Positions 37,923-47,884 of a stretch of DNA of 64,000 bases are shown in pieces (position 1 is the stretch's first letter; the number at the start of each line of letters is the position of its first letter). The translations under genes and the position numbers were made by a program. Source of the stretch: Myxococcota bacterium (lineage in GTDB: Bacteria > Myxococcota_A > UBA9160 > UBA4427); the NCBI GenBank assembly GCA_965250285.1, contig OZ252299.1, positions 704,001-768,000 on the forward strand, in the 5' to 3' direction. Under the pieces are notes generated by a model that saw nothing but the letters and a program-made list of their open reading frames with translations, searched no databases and was not told the DNA's origin.

Positions 37923-39680
37923 TCAGCGCGCGCCGACTCGACCCCGAAGTAAGAATCCCACCGCCAGCATGGCGATCGAGAGCACCAGCAGCGCCGTCGT
38001 CCACGCGGACAGCGTGGGCACCGGTGCCCCTGTGAACGCGCTGCTCTCGATGATGCCCGTCGTGACGAACGTGGCCGACGACGCCAGCCCGAAGATGCGC
38101 GCTGCTGAAAGCGTTGGATCGGCGTTCACGGCGGCGGCGAGGGCGGCCGCGACGTCGGCATCGCTGTCGCCTGGTTGACGCGTCACGCTGACTTCGACGC
38201 CGTCGATCGTGACCGAGACGCCGAATGCACCCGGTGCGATCTCGAGCGCCTGGCTTGGATCGGCCAGCGGCAGCGGCCGAGCGAACACGACGTAGTTCGA
38301 GCCTGCGCCCGTCGCCTGGTTGCCTCCGAGCACGACGGTGCCGGCTGCGAAGTCGCGTCGAAGCACGCGGAACTCCTGCTCGGGCGAGGGGTCGGCGATG
38401 TCGACGATGTCGCTCGAGGGCGTGAAGCCGCCCGAGAGCCACGCAGGCTCGGCGGTCGCGCGCGTGTCGTAGGCCACGTAGACCGACGCATCCGACGCCA
38501 GTGCGAAGCTCAGGTGATTCGGGTTCGACACGTTCTTGTCGTCGTTCGCCGTGCGGATCCACTCCGAGCAGAGATAGGGCTCGGGGATGTCGACCAGCAC
38601 GTGTCGCCCTGCGTTGAGTCGGTCGGTGTAGTAGTGGTCACCGCCCTGCAGATTGGCCGTGACGTACGTCTCACCCGTCGACGTCACGACCCCTGAGATG
38701 AGGGGCACGACATTCGGGCACGCGCGCTCGCGCGCGACCACGAGCAGGTAGTCGAACGCCTCCTCTCGATGATCGCCGGTGAAGGCGTCGTCGCCGAAAC
38801 CGGTCACGGCGATCGTCCACGTGCCGTCCGCTGTGGCCGTGAAGAGCTGGTTCGCCATGCGGCCGGGCCCGCCGTCGTCGTTCACGCCGCCCGCGGCCAG
38901 CGCGTTCCACGGGTCGAAGACGCCCACGACCGCGTCGTTGCGCTCGCCGGCGGCGCTGGCGAACGATCCGTTCTGCAGGTCGAAGACCGAGATCGCGACG
39001 CGGTCGCCCGTCTCGAGCTCGATCCGGTAGTAGTCGACGTCGCCGACGGCCAGGGTTGCGCCGAGCACGCCGCCCGCCGTCGGCAAGGGCGTCGCTGCAA
39101 AGGGCGTGTCGTTGCCCTCGATCTCGACGAGCGCCGGATGATTGGGCGTCGCGGCTACGACCAGGCGATAGGGCACGAGGCCGCCCTTGGCCTCTTCGTG
39201 CTCACCGTCGAAGTCGTCGTCGCCGAAGCCGGTCACGCCGATCTGGTGTTCTCCGCTCGACGCGACGTTGAAGGCGAATCGCGAGAGGAACCCGCTCCCG
39301 CCGTCGTCGTCGCTGGCGAGTGCGGGGGTCGCACCGCCCGTGAAGATTCCGAGCTGCGTGTCGTTGCGCTCGCCGGCCGTGTCTTCGAAGAGGGCACCGA
39401 GCACGAGCAATCCCGAATCGAAGTCGAACGCATACGCATCGATGTCCCCGGCATCGAGTGACCCTCGAATCAGCTTCACGCCGGTTGGAAACGACGTCGC
39501 GAACTTCGCCTCGTCCCAGGGAACGGGGGCGGGGCTCGAGAGTGCGTTGACCTCGGTGTCGCTCGGATCCTGGAACGGGCTGTCTTCGTACTCGGTGAAG
39601 TCGGCATGAGACGCTGCAGCGAACGCGAGCGTGATCAGGCTGGCCGTGATGGTCCAGAGGCGGGGGCATCGGTTGCTCAT
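37923..39680 (-). CDS. Secreted protein with two PPC/DVUA0089-like domains and IPTL-CTERM signal
   Basis: Signal peptide, duplicated GD.D.Y...GERND..G.F...DDGG.G...VTGFGDD.F.G.H.E unit, tail APVPTLSAW-TM-RGR. Confidence 0.82.
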   Translation of the reverse strand: MSNRCPRLWTITASLITLAFAAASHADFTEYEDSPFQDPSDTEVNALSSPAPVPWDEAKFATSFPTGVKLIRGSLDAGDIDAYAFDFDSGLLVLGALFEDTAGERNDTQLGIFTGGATPALASDDDGGSGFLSRFAFNVASSGEHQIGVTGFGDDDFDGEHEEAKGGLVPYRLVVAATPNHPALVEIEGNDTPFAATPLPTAGGVLGATLAVGDVDYYRIELETGDRVAISVFDLQNGSFASAAGERNDAVVGVFDPWNALAAGGVNDDGGPGRMANQLFTATADGTWTIAVTGFGDDAFTGDHREEAFDYLLVVARERACPNVVPLISGVVTSTGETYVTANLQGGDHYYTDRLNAGRHVLVDIPEPYLCSEWIRTANDDKNVSNPNHLSFALASDASVYVAYDTRATAEPAWLSGGFTPSSDIVDIADPSPEQEFRVLRRDFAAGTVVLGGNQATGAGSNYVVFARPLPLADPSQALEIAPGAFGVSVTIDGVEVSVTRQPGDSDADVAAALAAAVNADPTLSAARIFGLASSATFVTTGIIESSAFTGAPVPTLSAWTTALLVLSIAMLAVGFLLRGRVGAR

Positions 39681-42043
39681 GACGAGATCTCCTCCTGGTC
39701 GCGAGACCAGGTCCAGACGTCGATCGGGGCGCTGCGGCCCTTCACACGAAGGGCGGGGTGGGCTTCGAAGTGGTCCGCCTCGTGCCCCGCGGCTCGGTGG
39801 GTGGCGTCGTCGGTGACGAGGGCGACGTCGAGCGTGCGCGTCGCCGCCTCGAGGCGGGCAGCCAGATTGGTCGTGTTGCCGAGAGCGACCCAGATCGAGC
39901 GGTCGGCGGTCGCCAGGGGGCCGACGTAGGCCGATCCAGTGGCAATCCCCAGACCGACGTCGAGCGTGTGGGGCGTGCCGTCCGATCGCTGCACGTCGAG
40001 GCCCGGGACGGCCTCGGCGATCCGCAGGGCGGCGCGAATCGCAGCCGAGGCCTTGTGGTCGAGTGGCCGCGGCGCGCCGAACACCGCCATCAACCCGTCG
40101 CCCTGAAACTCGACGACCGAGCCGCCGCACTCGTCGACGATCCCCGAGACGAGGTTGGTGTACTCACTGATCGCCGTGAAGATGTCGGCCGCGCGCTGCC
40201 CCTCGGCGAAGCTCGTGTAGCCGCGTACGTCGACGAAGAGCACGCTGACCTCGCGCTCGCCGGGCTCGAGAGACAGGCCGGCATCGAGCTCGCGAGCGAC
40301 GGCGCTCGGCACGAAGCGGCGCAGCTGGTCCGACAGCTGTCGCGTCTGCCGCTCGACGTCAGCGCGCTCGAACCGCGCCAGCTCGTCGCCCACCTTGTCC
40401 GCGAGGGCCAGCAGCAGCGCGATATCGGGGGTCGTGAAGACGTCGCCCGAGGCCTTGCCGCCGAGACACACGAACGCGGCCAGATCGTGGTGCAGCGAGA
40501 TCGGCAGAACGAGCTCGACGCCCATCGATTCGAGCGCCGCCCAGTCGGCGCGTTCGGGTGTGCTCGGTCGCACTCGCGCGGGCTCGAGGGGCTCGCGGGC
40601 GAGCTCGAGGCGCCCGACGAGCGGCCCATCGGGATCGAACGACGGCGAGATCGCGGCGCCGCGCGCGAAGACGGGCGCGAAGCCGCTCTCACTCCGCGCG
40701 TAGATCACCACCGTCTGCAGCCGCAGCAGGCCCCGCAAGCGCTCGCCCAGCGTCGTCAGGAGATCGGCCGGCTTCTCGCAGTCGGCGAGCAGGAGCCGAA
40801 CCAGCCCCGCTTCTTCTTCGAGCGCGCGGCGCTCGGGGTAGAGCCTTTGCTGGAGCGTCGTGTCGAGGCGGCGGAGCCCGAGGATCGCGCCGCCGCCGAG
40901 GCACAGCATCAGCACGGGCTGACTCACGGACGGGTCGATCACCGGCTCGGCGAGTGCCGTGACGGGCGGAACGACGACGAGGATCGCGGCGAGCGCGATC
41001 GTGCCCACCACCGAGTAGATCATCGCGGCCGTGAGCAGCCGGTGGACGTCGAACAGGTTGAAGCGCACCAGCGCGATGAAGAGACAGATCGGGATCGCCA
41101 GAACGAGCACGAGCGACGCTTCGTAGAGCCACCAGAGATCGGGAACGGCCACGGCGATGACCGAGGTGAGAATGACGGGGACGAGACCCACCCAGAAACC
41201 GAGCACGACCCATTTCAGCTGACGCCGACCGCTGGGCCCGCTCGCCCGGTAGTTCCACGTCACCAGCGCGACGAGCGTGGCGAGGAAGAGCAGGTTGATG
41301 GCCGTGGCACCCGCCTGGGCATGGGGCAGGGCGCGCGGCCAGCCGAAGGCCCAGACGAGAAAGGCCGGACCCATCACGAGAAACAGCCACGGCCACCACC
41401 GAGCGGGGCCGGCCGGGGGGACGATCTCGGCGGGGAACGCCTGGAAGGCCCGCAAGGCGAGCGGTGCGGTCAACGCGGTCGCCAGCCCGAACGATACGAT
41501 CGCCGCGACCGTGACCCACGCCGGCCCGCCCCAGAAGTCGGTCCAGTGAAACGCGTAGGCCATCATGGCGAGATAGAAGATGCGCCCATGCAGCGACCCA
41601 CGCGTGCGCCAGAACGCCAGCGAGCCGAGCAGGGCGAACGCCGCCGCCACCAGCGACTTGCGCCAGGCTGACGCGATCGGCTGCAGCTCGAGCGAGGCGC
41701 CGAACCGAGCGTGGCCGCGCCGGGCGACCACGTCGATCGGCGCATCCTGGGGCCCGGCATAGATCCGCGTCAGCACCTCCATCGACCCGGCGCCGAGCAG
41801 ATCCTTTCCGTGGACCGACTCGATCTCATCCCCGGGCGCGAGCGCGGGGGCCAGATCCTCTGTGCCCGGCCAGAACCGCAGGAGCGTCGGGTAGGTGTCT
41901 TCCGACGCCGCGGCGCTCACGTAGACGGGGATCCACGCCAGCCCACCTCGCACCACCTGGTTGGCGTGGAGGACGAAGCACACGCTCCACGTGCCCGTCA
42001 GCGCGACGAGTAGGAGCGTGTCGAGTCGGCGGATCCCTTCCAA
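39677..42043 (-). CDS. Membrane class III nucleotide cyclase (PDZ-like, multi-TM, GAF-like, cyclase)
   Basis: VLFVDVRGYT, EFQGDGLMAVFGAP, GNTTNLAARLE, VKGR. Confidence 0.9.
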   Translation of the reverse strand: MEGIRRLDTLLLVALTGTWSVCFVLHANQVVRGGLAWIPVYVSAAASEDTYPTLLRFWPGTEDLAPALAPGDEIESVHGKDLLGAGSMEVLTRIYAGPQDAPIDVVARRGHARFGASLELQPIASAWRKSLVAAAFALLGSLAFWRTRGSLHGRIFYLAMMAYAFHWTDFWGGPAWVTVAAIVSFGLATALTAPLALRAFQAFPAEIVPPAGPARWWPWLFLVMGPAFLVWAFGWPRALPHAQAGATAINLLFLATLVALVTWNYRASGPSGRRQLKWVVLGFWVGLVPVILTSVIAVAVPDLWWLYEASLVLVLAIPICLFIALVRFNLFDVHRLLTAAMIYSVVGTIALAAILVVVPPVTALAEPVIDPSVSQPVLMLCLGGGAILGLRRLDTTLQQRLYPERRALEEEAGLVRLLLADCEKPADLLTTLGERLRGLLRLQTVVIYARSESGFAPVFARGAAISPSFDPDGPLVGRLELAREPLEPARVRPSTPERADWAALESMGVELVLPISLHHDLAAFVCLGGKASGDVFTTPDIALLLALADKVGDELARFERADVERQTRQLSDQLRRFVPSAVARELDAGLSLEPGEREVSVLFVDVRGYTSFAEGQRAADIFTAISEYTNLVSGIVDECGGSVVEFQGDGLMAVFGAPRPLDHKASAAIRAALRIAEAVPGLDVQRSDGTPHTLDVGLGIATGSAYVGPLATADRSIWVALGNTTNLAARLEAATRTLDVALVTDDATHRAAGHEADHFEAHPALRVKGRSAPIDVWTWSRDQEEISS

Positions 42044-42055
42044 GGGGCGCGCGCC

Positions 42056-42877
42056 TCAGGGACCGACGACGGCGACGTCGACCTTGTAGCGTCGCACCGT
42101 GGCCAGCACGTCGGTGCCGCCGCTGTGATCGGAGAACTTGTCGTTGCGTGGGCCGTGATTGCAGGGCGTCGCATCGGTGCAGATCGGCACCTCGTCGGTG
42201 CGCGACAGGGCGATGCGCTGGCTGGCACTCTTGCCGACGACGGCGCCGACGGCGTTCTCGACCGCAGGCGGCAGGCCGCCCCAGCGAATGCGCACGAACG
42301 AGCTCGAGTCGAACGCGGCGCGCTCCGACAGGATGCTCTCGACGGCCTGCTGGGTCCATCCGGCCTGGGACCCACCACCGACGGACCAGTTGGGGATCAG
42401 GAACTCGCACGGCGGCGAGCCGCACGCGTCGCCGTCCGGCAGCTGCTTGAAGCTCTCGGCGAAGAGGTACCGTTCGCCGTTCAGCGTGAACTCGAGCACG
42501 AGCGTGAGCAGGCCGCTGTCGCCGTCCTCGCAGTCGGACAGATTGCCGGGGGTCGGCTCGCTGCACGTGCCCGGGTAGCTGGTGTCCTCCCAACCGTTCC
42601 CGGGCGGCTGGGTATCGGAGATGATCGTCAGCACGCCGCGCGCGACGATCGTGACGTCGGCGATGTTCGAGCAGAAGCCCCCGCCCGTGCAGTCGCCCGA
42701 AAACGAGCACGGCGTGCCGTCATTCGAGCCGCCTTCGCAGACGGTGGTCGAACCGGCCGTCGTGGCCGTCGCCTCGGCCCGGCTGTCGGTGCCCGGATTG
42801 AACGCCCCCGCCAGCGACGCGACGATCATCGACAGCGACGCAACGATGAGAAAGAGAAGAAGGTGCGATCGAGTCAT
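42056..42877 (-). CDS. Secreted Cys-rich hypothetical protein
   Basis: Signal peptide, CEGGSNDGTPCSFSGDCTGGGFC and further Cys pairs. ATG overlaps the lnt stop. Confidence 0.8.
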   Translation of the reverse strand: MTRSHLLLFLIVASLSMIVASLAGAFNPGTDSRAEATATTAGSTTVCEGGSNDGTPCSFSGDCTGGGFCSNIADVTIVARGVLTIISDTQPPGNGWEDTSYPGTCSEPTPGNLSDCEDGDSGLLTLVLEFTLNGERYLFAESFKQLPDGDACGSPPCEFLIPNWSVGGGSQAGWTQQAVESILSERAAFDSSSFVRIRWGGLPPAVENAVGAVVGKSASQRIALSRTDEVPICTDATPCNHGPRNDKFSDHSGGTDVLATVRRYKVDVAVVGP

Positions 42878-44421
42878 GGCATGACCTCCCGATGGTCTGA
42901 TCCGCGCCGGAGACCGGTCCCGACGGCGAGCGTGATCCACGCCGCGGCCGCGGCGATGGGCCACTCGCCGACGCGGTGATAGGGGGTGACGGCGGCCGAG
43001 AGGCGCAGCTCCGCCTGGAGCACCTCGGGCCCTTCGCCCTGGCTGCGCGTCATCGCGCGGCCGTGGGGATCGATGACGGCACTCACGCCCGTGGCGGTCG
43101 GGCGAACGAGGTAGCGCCGGTTCTCAATGGCGCGGAACGAGGCCACCTGCAGCTGGTGCGCCCGCGCCTGCGGATGACCGAACCAGTAGTCGTTCGACGG
43201 ATTCGCGAGCAGCTCGGCGCCCGCCATCGCGAGCTCGCGTGCCACCTCTGGATACAGGGCCTCGCCGCAGATGAACGCGCCGAGTCGCATGCCCCGGGTC
43301 TCGAGCAGCGTGAGCGCGTGACCGGGCGAGTAGACGGCGGTCTCGGCGCGCAACGCATCGCCGAAGGGACCGTACTCGGCGAACGGCACCAGGCGACGCT
43401 TGTCGTAGCGATCGGTGCGCAGTCGTCCACCGGCGTCGACGACGTACACCGAGTTGAGATACTCGGTGCCCGCGGCGTCGCCCGGGTCACCGGCCCGGCG
43501 ATAGTGCGAGCCACCGAGCACGAGATCGGCCCCGACCGCACGCACGCCGTCGAGCAGGCGCGCGCGCTGGAGCGTGGGCTCCTGCAAGTAGAAGTCGACG
43601 GCGAACTCGGGCCAGAACACCACCGCCGGATCGCTGGCCGCGGCGCGCCGGGTCAGCTCGAGGTAGCGGTCGAGTCGCGCGTCGCGCAGCGAGCGGTCCC
43701 AATCGGCCTCGCGTGCGACCGCGCCCTGCACCAGGGCGACCCGCACCGTCTCGCCGTGACCGAAACTCTGCCCGAGCCGCATCGCGCCGTATCCGAGCGC
43801 GATGAGGGCGACCGTGGCCATGGCCGCGACGCGACGCCAAGGCCGCGCCCCGCCGATGGCGGGCGACCAGAGCCCGGCCAGGGCGGCGTTGAACGCCGCG
43901 ATCAGAAAGCTGACGCCGTAGGGCCCTGCGACGTCGGCGAGCTGGGCGAAGGGTGTGCCGGTTTGCGAGTACGCGAACTGCGCGAAGGGGTTCGCCACGA
44001 CGCCGTTCGCGCGGATCCACTCGGCGAGCACCCACGCCGCCGCGATGGTGAGCGGGCCCAAGACCCGACGCCGCGCGCCCCAGCCCAGGAAGAGCCCGAA
44101 CGCGGCGTAGGGGAGGCCGTCGACGACGACGCCGAGACCGAGCAGGCCCAGCCAGGCGACCGGCGCAGGCAGCGCGAAGTAACGCTCGAGCATCGCTGGA
44201 AACCACCAGGCCACTCCGAGCGTCGCCACGGTCGCCCAGAGGAGGCCGAACCCGCACGCGCGCGCCGGTGTTTCCGACGCGAGCACGAAGACCAGCGGGG
44301 CGAGCACGACCCACGCGAGCCATGCCATCTCGAACGGCGGCAGCAGCAAGGCATAGGCGCCACCGGAGAGCACGACGAGCGCGAGGTTGCGTGTGGGGGT
44401 TTGGGAAGGCGCGAGCGTCAT
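42874..44421 (-). CDS. lnt: Apolipoprotein N-acyltransferase
   Basis: Multi-TM N-terminus, nitrilase triad WPE, YDKRRLVPFAEY, FICGE; SNDYWF, RAIENRR. Confidence 0.9.
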   Translation of the reverse strand: MTLAPSQTPTRNLALVVLSGGAYALLLPPFEMAWLAWVVLAPLVFVLASETPARACGFGLLWATVATLGVAWWFPAMLERYFALPAPVAWLGLLGLGVVVDGLPYAAFGLFLGWGARRRVLGPLTIAAAWVLAEWIRANGVVANPFAQFAYSQTGTPFAQLADVAGPYGVSFLIAAFNAALAGLWSPAIGGARPWRRVAAMATVALIALGYGAMRLGQSFGHGETVRVALVQGAVAREADWDRSLRDARLDRYLELTRRAAASDPAVVFWPEFAVDFYLQEPTLQRARLLDGVRAVGADLVLGGSHYRRAGDPGDAAGTEYLNSVYVVDAGGRLRTDRYDKRRLVPFAEYGPFGDALRAETAVYSPGHALTLLETRGMRLGAFICGEALYPEVARELAMAGAELLANPSNDYWFGHPQARAHQLQVASFRAIENRRYLVRPTATGVSAVIDPHGRAMTRSQGEGPEVLQAELRLSAAVTPYHRVGEWPIAAAAAWITLAVGTGLRRGSDHREVMP

Positions 44422-44894
44422 CAACAGGGTTCCCTGGGGCACAAGAGTGTCACATGACGCCGCGCGTTTGGAATAGCCGAATCCGATGTTTGCGTGATGA
44501 ATGAGGCTTGGCGGGTCTGCGTCGAGAGGCCATCGTCGTGCCCGACGTGCGCTCGCCCCCTTTGGGGCGAGCGGGGGCCGGTCCCTCGGGCCGCGCGCGT
44601 TCCCGAACGACATCGAGCCGGTCCGCGCCGTGCGCAACGCCGCTCGTGTGCTCGGATCACGACACGGCGTCGAGCTCGGTGGGTGAGGGGGGGACACCCC
44701 GACCTGTCGCGCAAGGGGCTCGACCTCTCGCGGCGCCCATCGCGCAGTGCAGCCAGAGGCGGTGCTGCTGCAAGGGACCCTGCGCCGCTCGCAGCGCGAT
44801 GGGTCGTCCTGGTCGACTTCGAGGCGCACATCGTTGTGGGCGCGGGGCGTCGGCCCTTCCCCCGCGTGCGCCGAACTCGAGGCATGCGTCCCTG

Positions 44895-45479
44895 TCAGGC
44901 CGCGAAGCTGGCGATCATCTTTCGCAGCGTTGCTTCGGCTTCACTGCGTGCCTCGCGCTTTCGCTTCGCGCGCAAGATCGACAGCGCTGCCTCGGTGAGC
45001 GCCGCATTCAGGATCCGCGCAGCGAGGTCGACCGAGGCGACATCGATCTCGCCGGCCCGGTCCGCGGCTTCGAGCGTGTCGCGGATGCTGCCCAGACCGT
45101 AGGTCTCTTCGATCTCGCGGCACCGCTCCCAACCGAGGGCCGCCGGGCCCTCCACTGCGACGACGCGGGCGACGTCGGGTTTCGAGATCTCGCCGAGCCA
45201 GGCGAGACATGCGGCCTCGAGGTTCGCGAGATGGGAAGCACCGGGTGTGCGTGCGGCGAGTGCGCGCTCGATCGCGCCGGCCGCTTCGGCCTCGTAGACC
45301 GCGGCGAGCAGAGCCTCGCGCGAGGAGAAGTGGTGATACATCGCGCCTCGGCTGACCCCCGCGACCGCGAGGATGTCGCGGGTGGTCGTGTGGGCGCTGC
45401 CGCGCTCGAGAAGGAGCTGACGGCCGGTGTCGATCAGGCGCGCGCGGGTCGCTTCACGGCGTTCGGCTTGCGTAGCCAT
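44895..45479 (-). CDS. TetR/AcrR-family regulator
   Basis: AGVSRGAMYHHFSSREALL HTH, GPAALGWE. Confidence 0.92.
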   Translation of the reverse strand: MATQAERREATRARLIDTGRQLLLERGSAHTTTRDILAVAGVSRGAMYHHFSSREALLAAVYEAEAAGAIERALAARTPGASHLANLEAACLAWLGEISKPDVARVVAVEGPAALGWERCREIEETYGLGSIRDTLEAADRAGEIDVASVDLAARILNAALTEAALSILRAKRKREARSEAEATLRKMIASFAA

Positions 45480-45496
45480 TGCCCGAGCATAGCGCC

Positions 45497-45545
45497 TTTA
45501 CAGACCGTTGGTCGGTTTGTATGATACCGACCAACGGTCTGTAAA
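45497..45545 (+). promoter_or_regulatory. Sigma-70 promoter inside a perfect 20-bp inverted repeat (TetR operator)
   Basis: tttacagaccgttggtcggt-ttgtatgat-accgaccaacggtctgtaaa, containing TTTACA-17 nt-TATGAT. Confidence 0.85.
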
Positions 45546-45575
45546 AGAGCCCAGTGCTCTGAGAGAGGAGATCCC

Positions 45576-45944
45576 ATGCCCGACGTCCCCGCGAGCTTTG
45601 GCCACTACCTGGCCGCCTGGAACGAGATCGATCCCGTGAAGGTGCGCAGCCACCTGGAGGGTCACGTCACCCTCGACGTCGTCTTCGACGACCCGCTCCA
45701 CACCACGCACGGCATCGATGCGCTCGAGGCGATGATCGTCGACGCCCGCAAGACCCGCCCCGGTGGCACGTATCACCGGGTTTCGGGGGTCGATTGTCAC
45801 AATCGCCGCTACCGCTACCTCTGGGAGACGCGGATCGACGGCAAGACCGTCCTGCCCGGAATGGACATCACGCACGTGAACGAGGCCGGCGTCATCACGC
45901 GCATCGATGGCTACTTCGGCGCGTTCCCGCCGCTCGAGGACTGA
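45576..45944 (+). CDS. SnoaL/NTF2-like protein
   Basis: YLAAWNE...FDDP...RYLW...GMD...ITRIDGYFG. RBS gaggag. Confidence 0.85.
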   Translation: MPDVPASFGHYLAAWNEIDPVKVRSHLEGHVTLDVVFDDPLHTTHGIDALEAMIVDARKTRPGGTYHRVSGVDCHNRRYRYLWETRIDGKTVLPGMDITHVNEAGVITRIDGYFGAFPPLED

Positions 45945-46048
45945 CCTGGCGCGGCTGCGTTCCCGCTCGCTCCGACGCAGGGGCGATTCGAAAGCGCCGG
46001 CGACGCCGGTTCGAGCGGGATGTTCCGTCGCGTCGTGACGGATGCGGG

Positions 46049-46651
46049 TCAGCCGAAGAGCCACCAATTCCAGCTGCCGTCGTTGGGGCAGTCGCCGAAG
46101 CCGCACTCGGCGAACGTCGTCAGGAACTCGAGCGTGGCGACGACGAGCAGAGTTGCGACCCCGATCGTCGCCATGCGCTGAATCCCGGCCGTCGGGGGCG
46201 ATGACTCGCGAAACTGAGAGTCGAAGAGCAGCACGATGCCGATCAGAAAGCACGCGACGCCGAAGATCACGACACCCCAGACGTAGAGGTGCAGCCCGAA
46301 GAGCGCCTCGCCGAAGGCTGGATTCGCGGTCGACGACAGCGTCGGCTGGCCCGTGGCCTTGTCGAAGTAAGGGTTGATGTGAAGGAGCGTCTGTCGGAGC
46401 GAGATCAGCAACCCAAAGGTCGCAGACACGAGCGACACGCCGTAGTGGCGGGGCCGCGGGCCCAGCATCAGATTCATGGCGGCCCCGAACGCGACCCCGA
46501 GCATGGCGACGCGCTGAAGCAGGCAGAGCGTGCAGGGCAGCTCCTCGTGCGTGAACTGGTAGCCGTAGGCCCCCAGCAGGATCGCCACGATGCCGAGCAT
46601 CGCGATCAGATTGAGGATGCGGGCAGCGTCGGGGGAGAGGGCCGGGCGCAT
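46049..46651 (-). CDS. dsbB: Disulfide bond formation protein B family (DsbB/DsbI-like)
   Basis: ELPCTLCLLQR, RQTLLHI, FGLHLYVW, C-terminal ECGFGDCP. Confidence 0.85.
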   Translation of the reverse strand: MRPALSPDAARILNLIAMLGIVAILLGAYGYQFTHEELPCTLCLLQRVAMLGVAFGAAMNLMLGPRPRHYGVSLVSATFGLLISLRQTLLHINPYFDKATGQPTLSSTANPAFGEALFGLHLYVWGVVIFGVACFLIGIVLLFDSQFRESSPPTAGIQRMATIGVATLLVVATLEFLTTFAECGFGDCPNDGSWNWWLFG

Positions 46652-46809
46652 CACAGCTGCACGCCGAGGGCGGCGTCGCCGACGTCGAGATAGAAGGCGA
46701 GGGCGCCGAGCACGAGCGTCGCGAGCGCGAGCATCCAGCCCCACTGATCTCGGCGCCAGAGCAGACAGGCCAGGTTGATCGCGAACAGCAGAAAGAGAAG
46801 GGTCACCAT
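46651..46809 (-). CDS. 52-aa membrane protein, DUF5993-like, not in the ORF track
   Basis: MVTLLFLLFAINLACLLWRRDQWGWMLALATLVLGALAFYLDVGDAALGVQL*. Stop overlaps the dsbB ATG (TGATG). Confidence 0.75.
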   Translation of the reverse strand: MVTLLFLLFAINLACLLWRRDQWGWMLALATLVLGALAFYLDVGDAALGVQL

Positions 46810-47058
46810 CGACTGGGCGGAGCTCCGGTTGGAGGGCGAGAAGGCGCACGCGAACGACCCGTTCGCGCCACGACGCGCGGCCGGCGACTGTGAGGCCCGT
46901 GCTCGAACCCGGTTGGCGGCGCATTCGATCGGTGTGGACCGGAAGCGATTCGAGACCGGCTCCGAGAAGCTATGACAGGTCGATCGTCGTTGGGAGCGAC
47001 CTGCCGCCGTGCTCTGGAATCGAAGCGAGTCACCCGGCTACCCCCGGAGCCTGCGCCG

Positions 47059-47478
47059 ATGAGCCGTCGATCGCACGAACGACGCAACGAGAGCAAGCTC
47101 TGTCCGGCCTGCGGTCGCCCCTTCGCCTGGCGGAAGAAGTGGGCCTCGTGCTGGGATCGTGTTCGGTACTGCAGCGATCGCTGTCGTCGCCGGCGCGGCC
47201 ATCCGATCGACCACCACCTCGAGCACGCCATCGTCGAGCGACTGGCGCGTCGGGCCGGCACGCTCTGCCCCTCGGAGGCGGCGCGCCAGGTCGGCGGAGA
47301 CGAATGGCGCGCCTTGATGGAGCCTGCGCGGGCAGCCGCTCGCCGCCTGGCCGCTCGCGACGAGGTCGAGATCCTGCAGAAGGGGCGCCGCGTGGACCCG
47401 GCCCGTGCTCGAGGTCCGATTCGGATCGGACGCGGCCGGAGGTTCGGGCAGGCCGGGCGACACAGCGAATCGCTCTGA
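47059..47478 (+). CDS. DUF2256-DUF3253 fusion protein
   Basis: [16 protein letters not shown]...VRYCSDRCR followed by TLCPSEAAR...ILQKG...RGPIRI. Confidence 0.8.
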   Translation: MSRRSHERRNESKLCPACGRPFAWRKKWASCWDRVRYCSDRCRRRRGHPIDHHLEHAIVERLARRAGTLCPSEAARQVGGDEWRALMEPARAAARRLAARDEVEILQKGRRVDPARARGPIRIGRGRRFGQAGRHSESL

Positions 47479-47884
47479 CGCTGGCTTCGCCTCCGCGCGA
47501 GCCGACCATGGTGTCGACGCACTTCGGCTCTGGCGACGCATCCGCGTCTCGAAACGGCCGAAGTTGTACAAGGGCGAAATCTGTAGCGAGAGCGGCACAC
47601 TCGCGCCCGGCCATCGAGCGCTCGCTCGATCGGTTGAAGTCGCTGGGCCACCCAGCGCTCGTGTCCCTGATCTCGCCGCCGGCACTGTGACCGCGATCGT
47701 CTATGTGGCGAGTGCGTGTCCGTCGGGTGAAACGACGGGGCGAGCGACTCGCGCGCTCTTGTGGCGTCCGCGAAGACGTAGACCGCGATCTCCGCCGGTT
47801 CGGTTCCGCGTGACTCGCTCGCGCTCGGGCCCAAAAACAGCCGCTCGGCTCGCGCGCCCGAGGCGCCCATGCGATCCTGAGCCG

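Noticed and set aside
44422..44894. ncRNA or tRNA in long intergenic gaps (also 34782-35208, 47479-47884)
   Set aside because: No cloverleaf, riboswitch or other recognisable conserved motif by eye. An Rfam scan would be needed.
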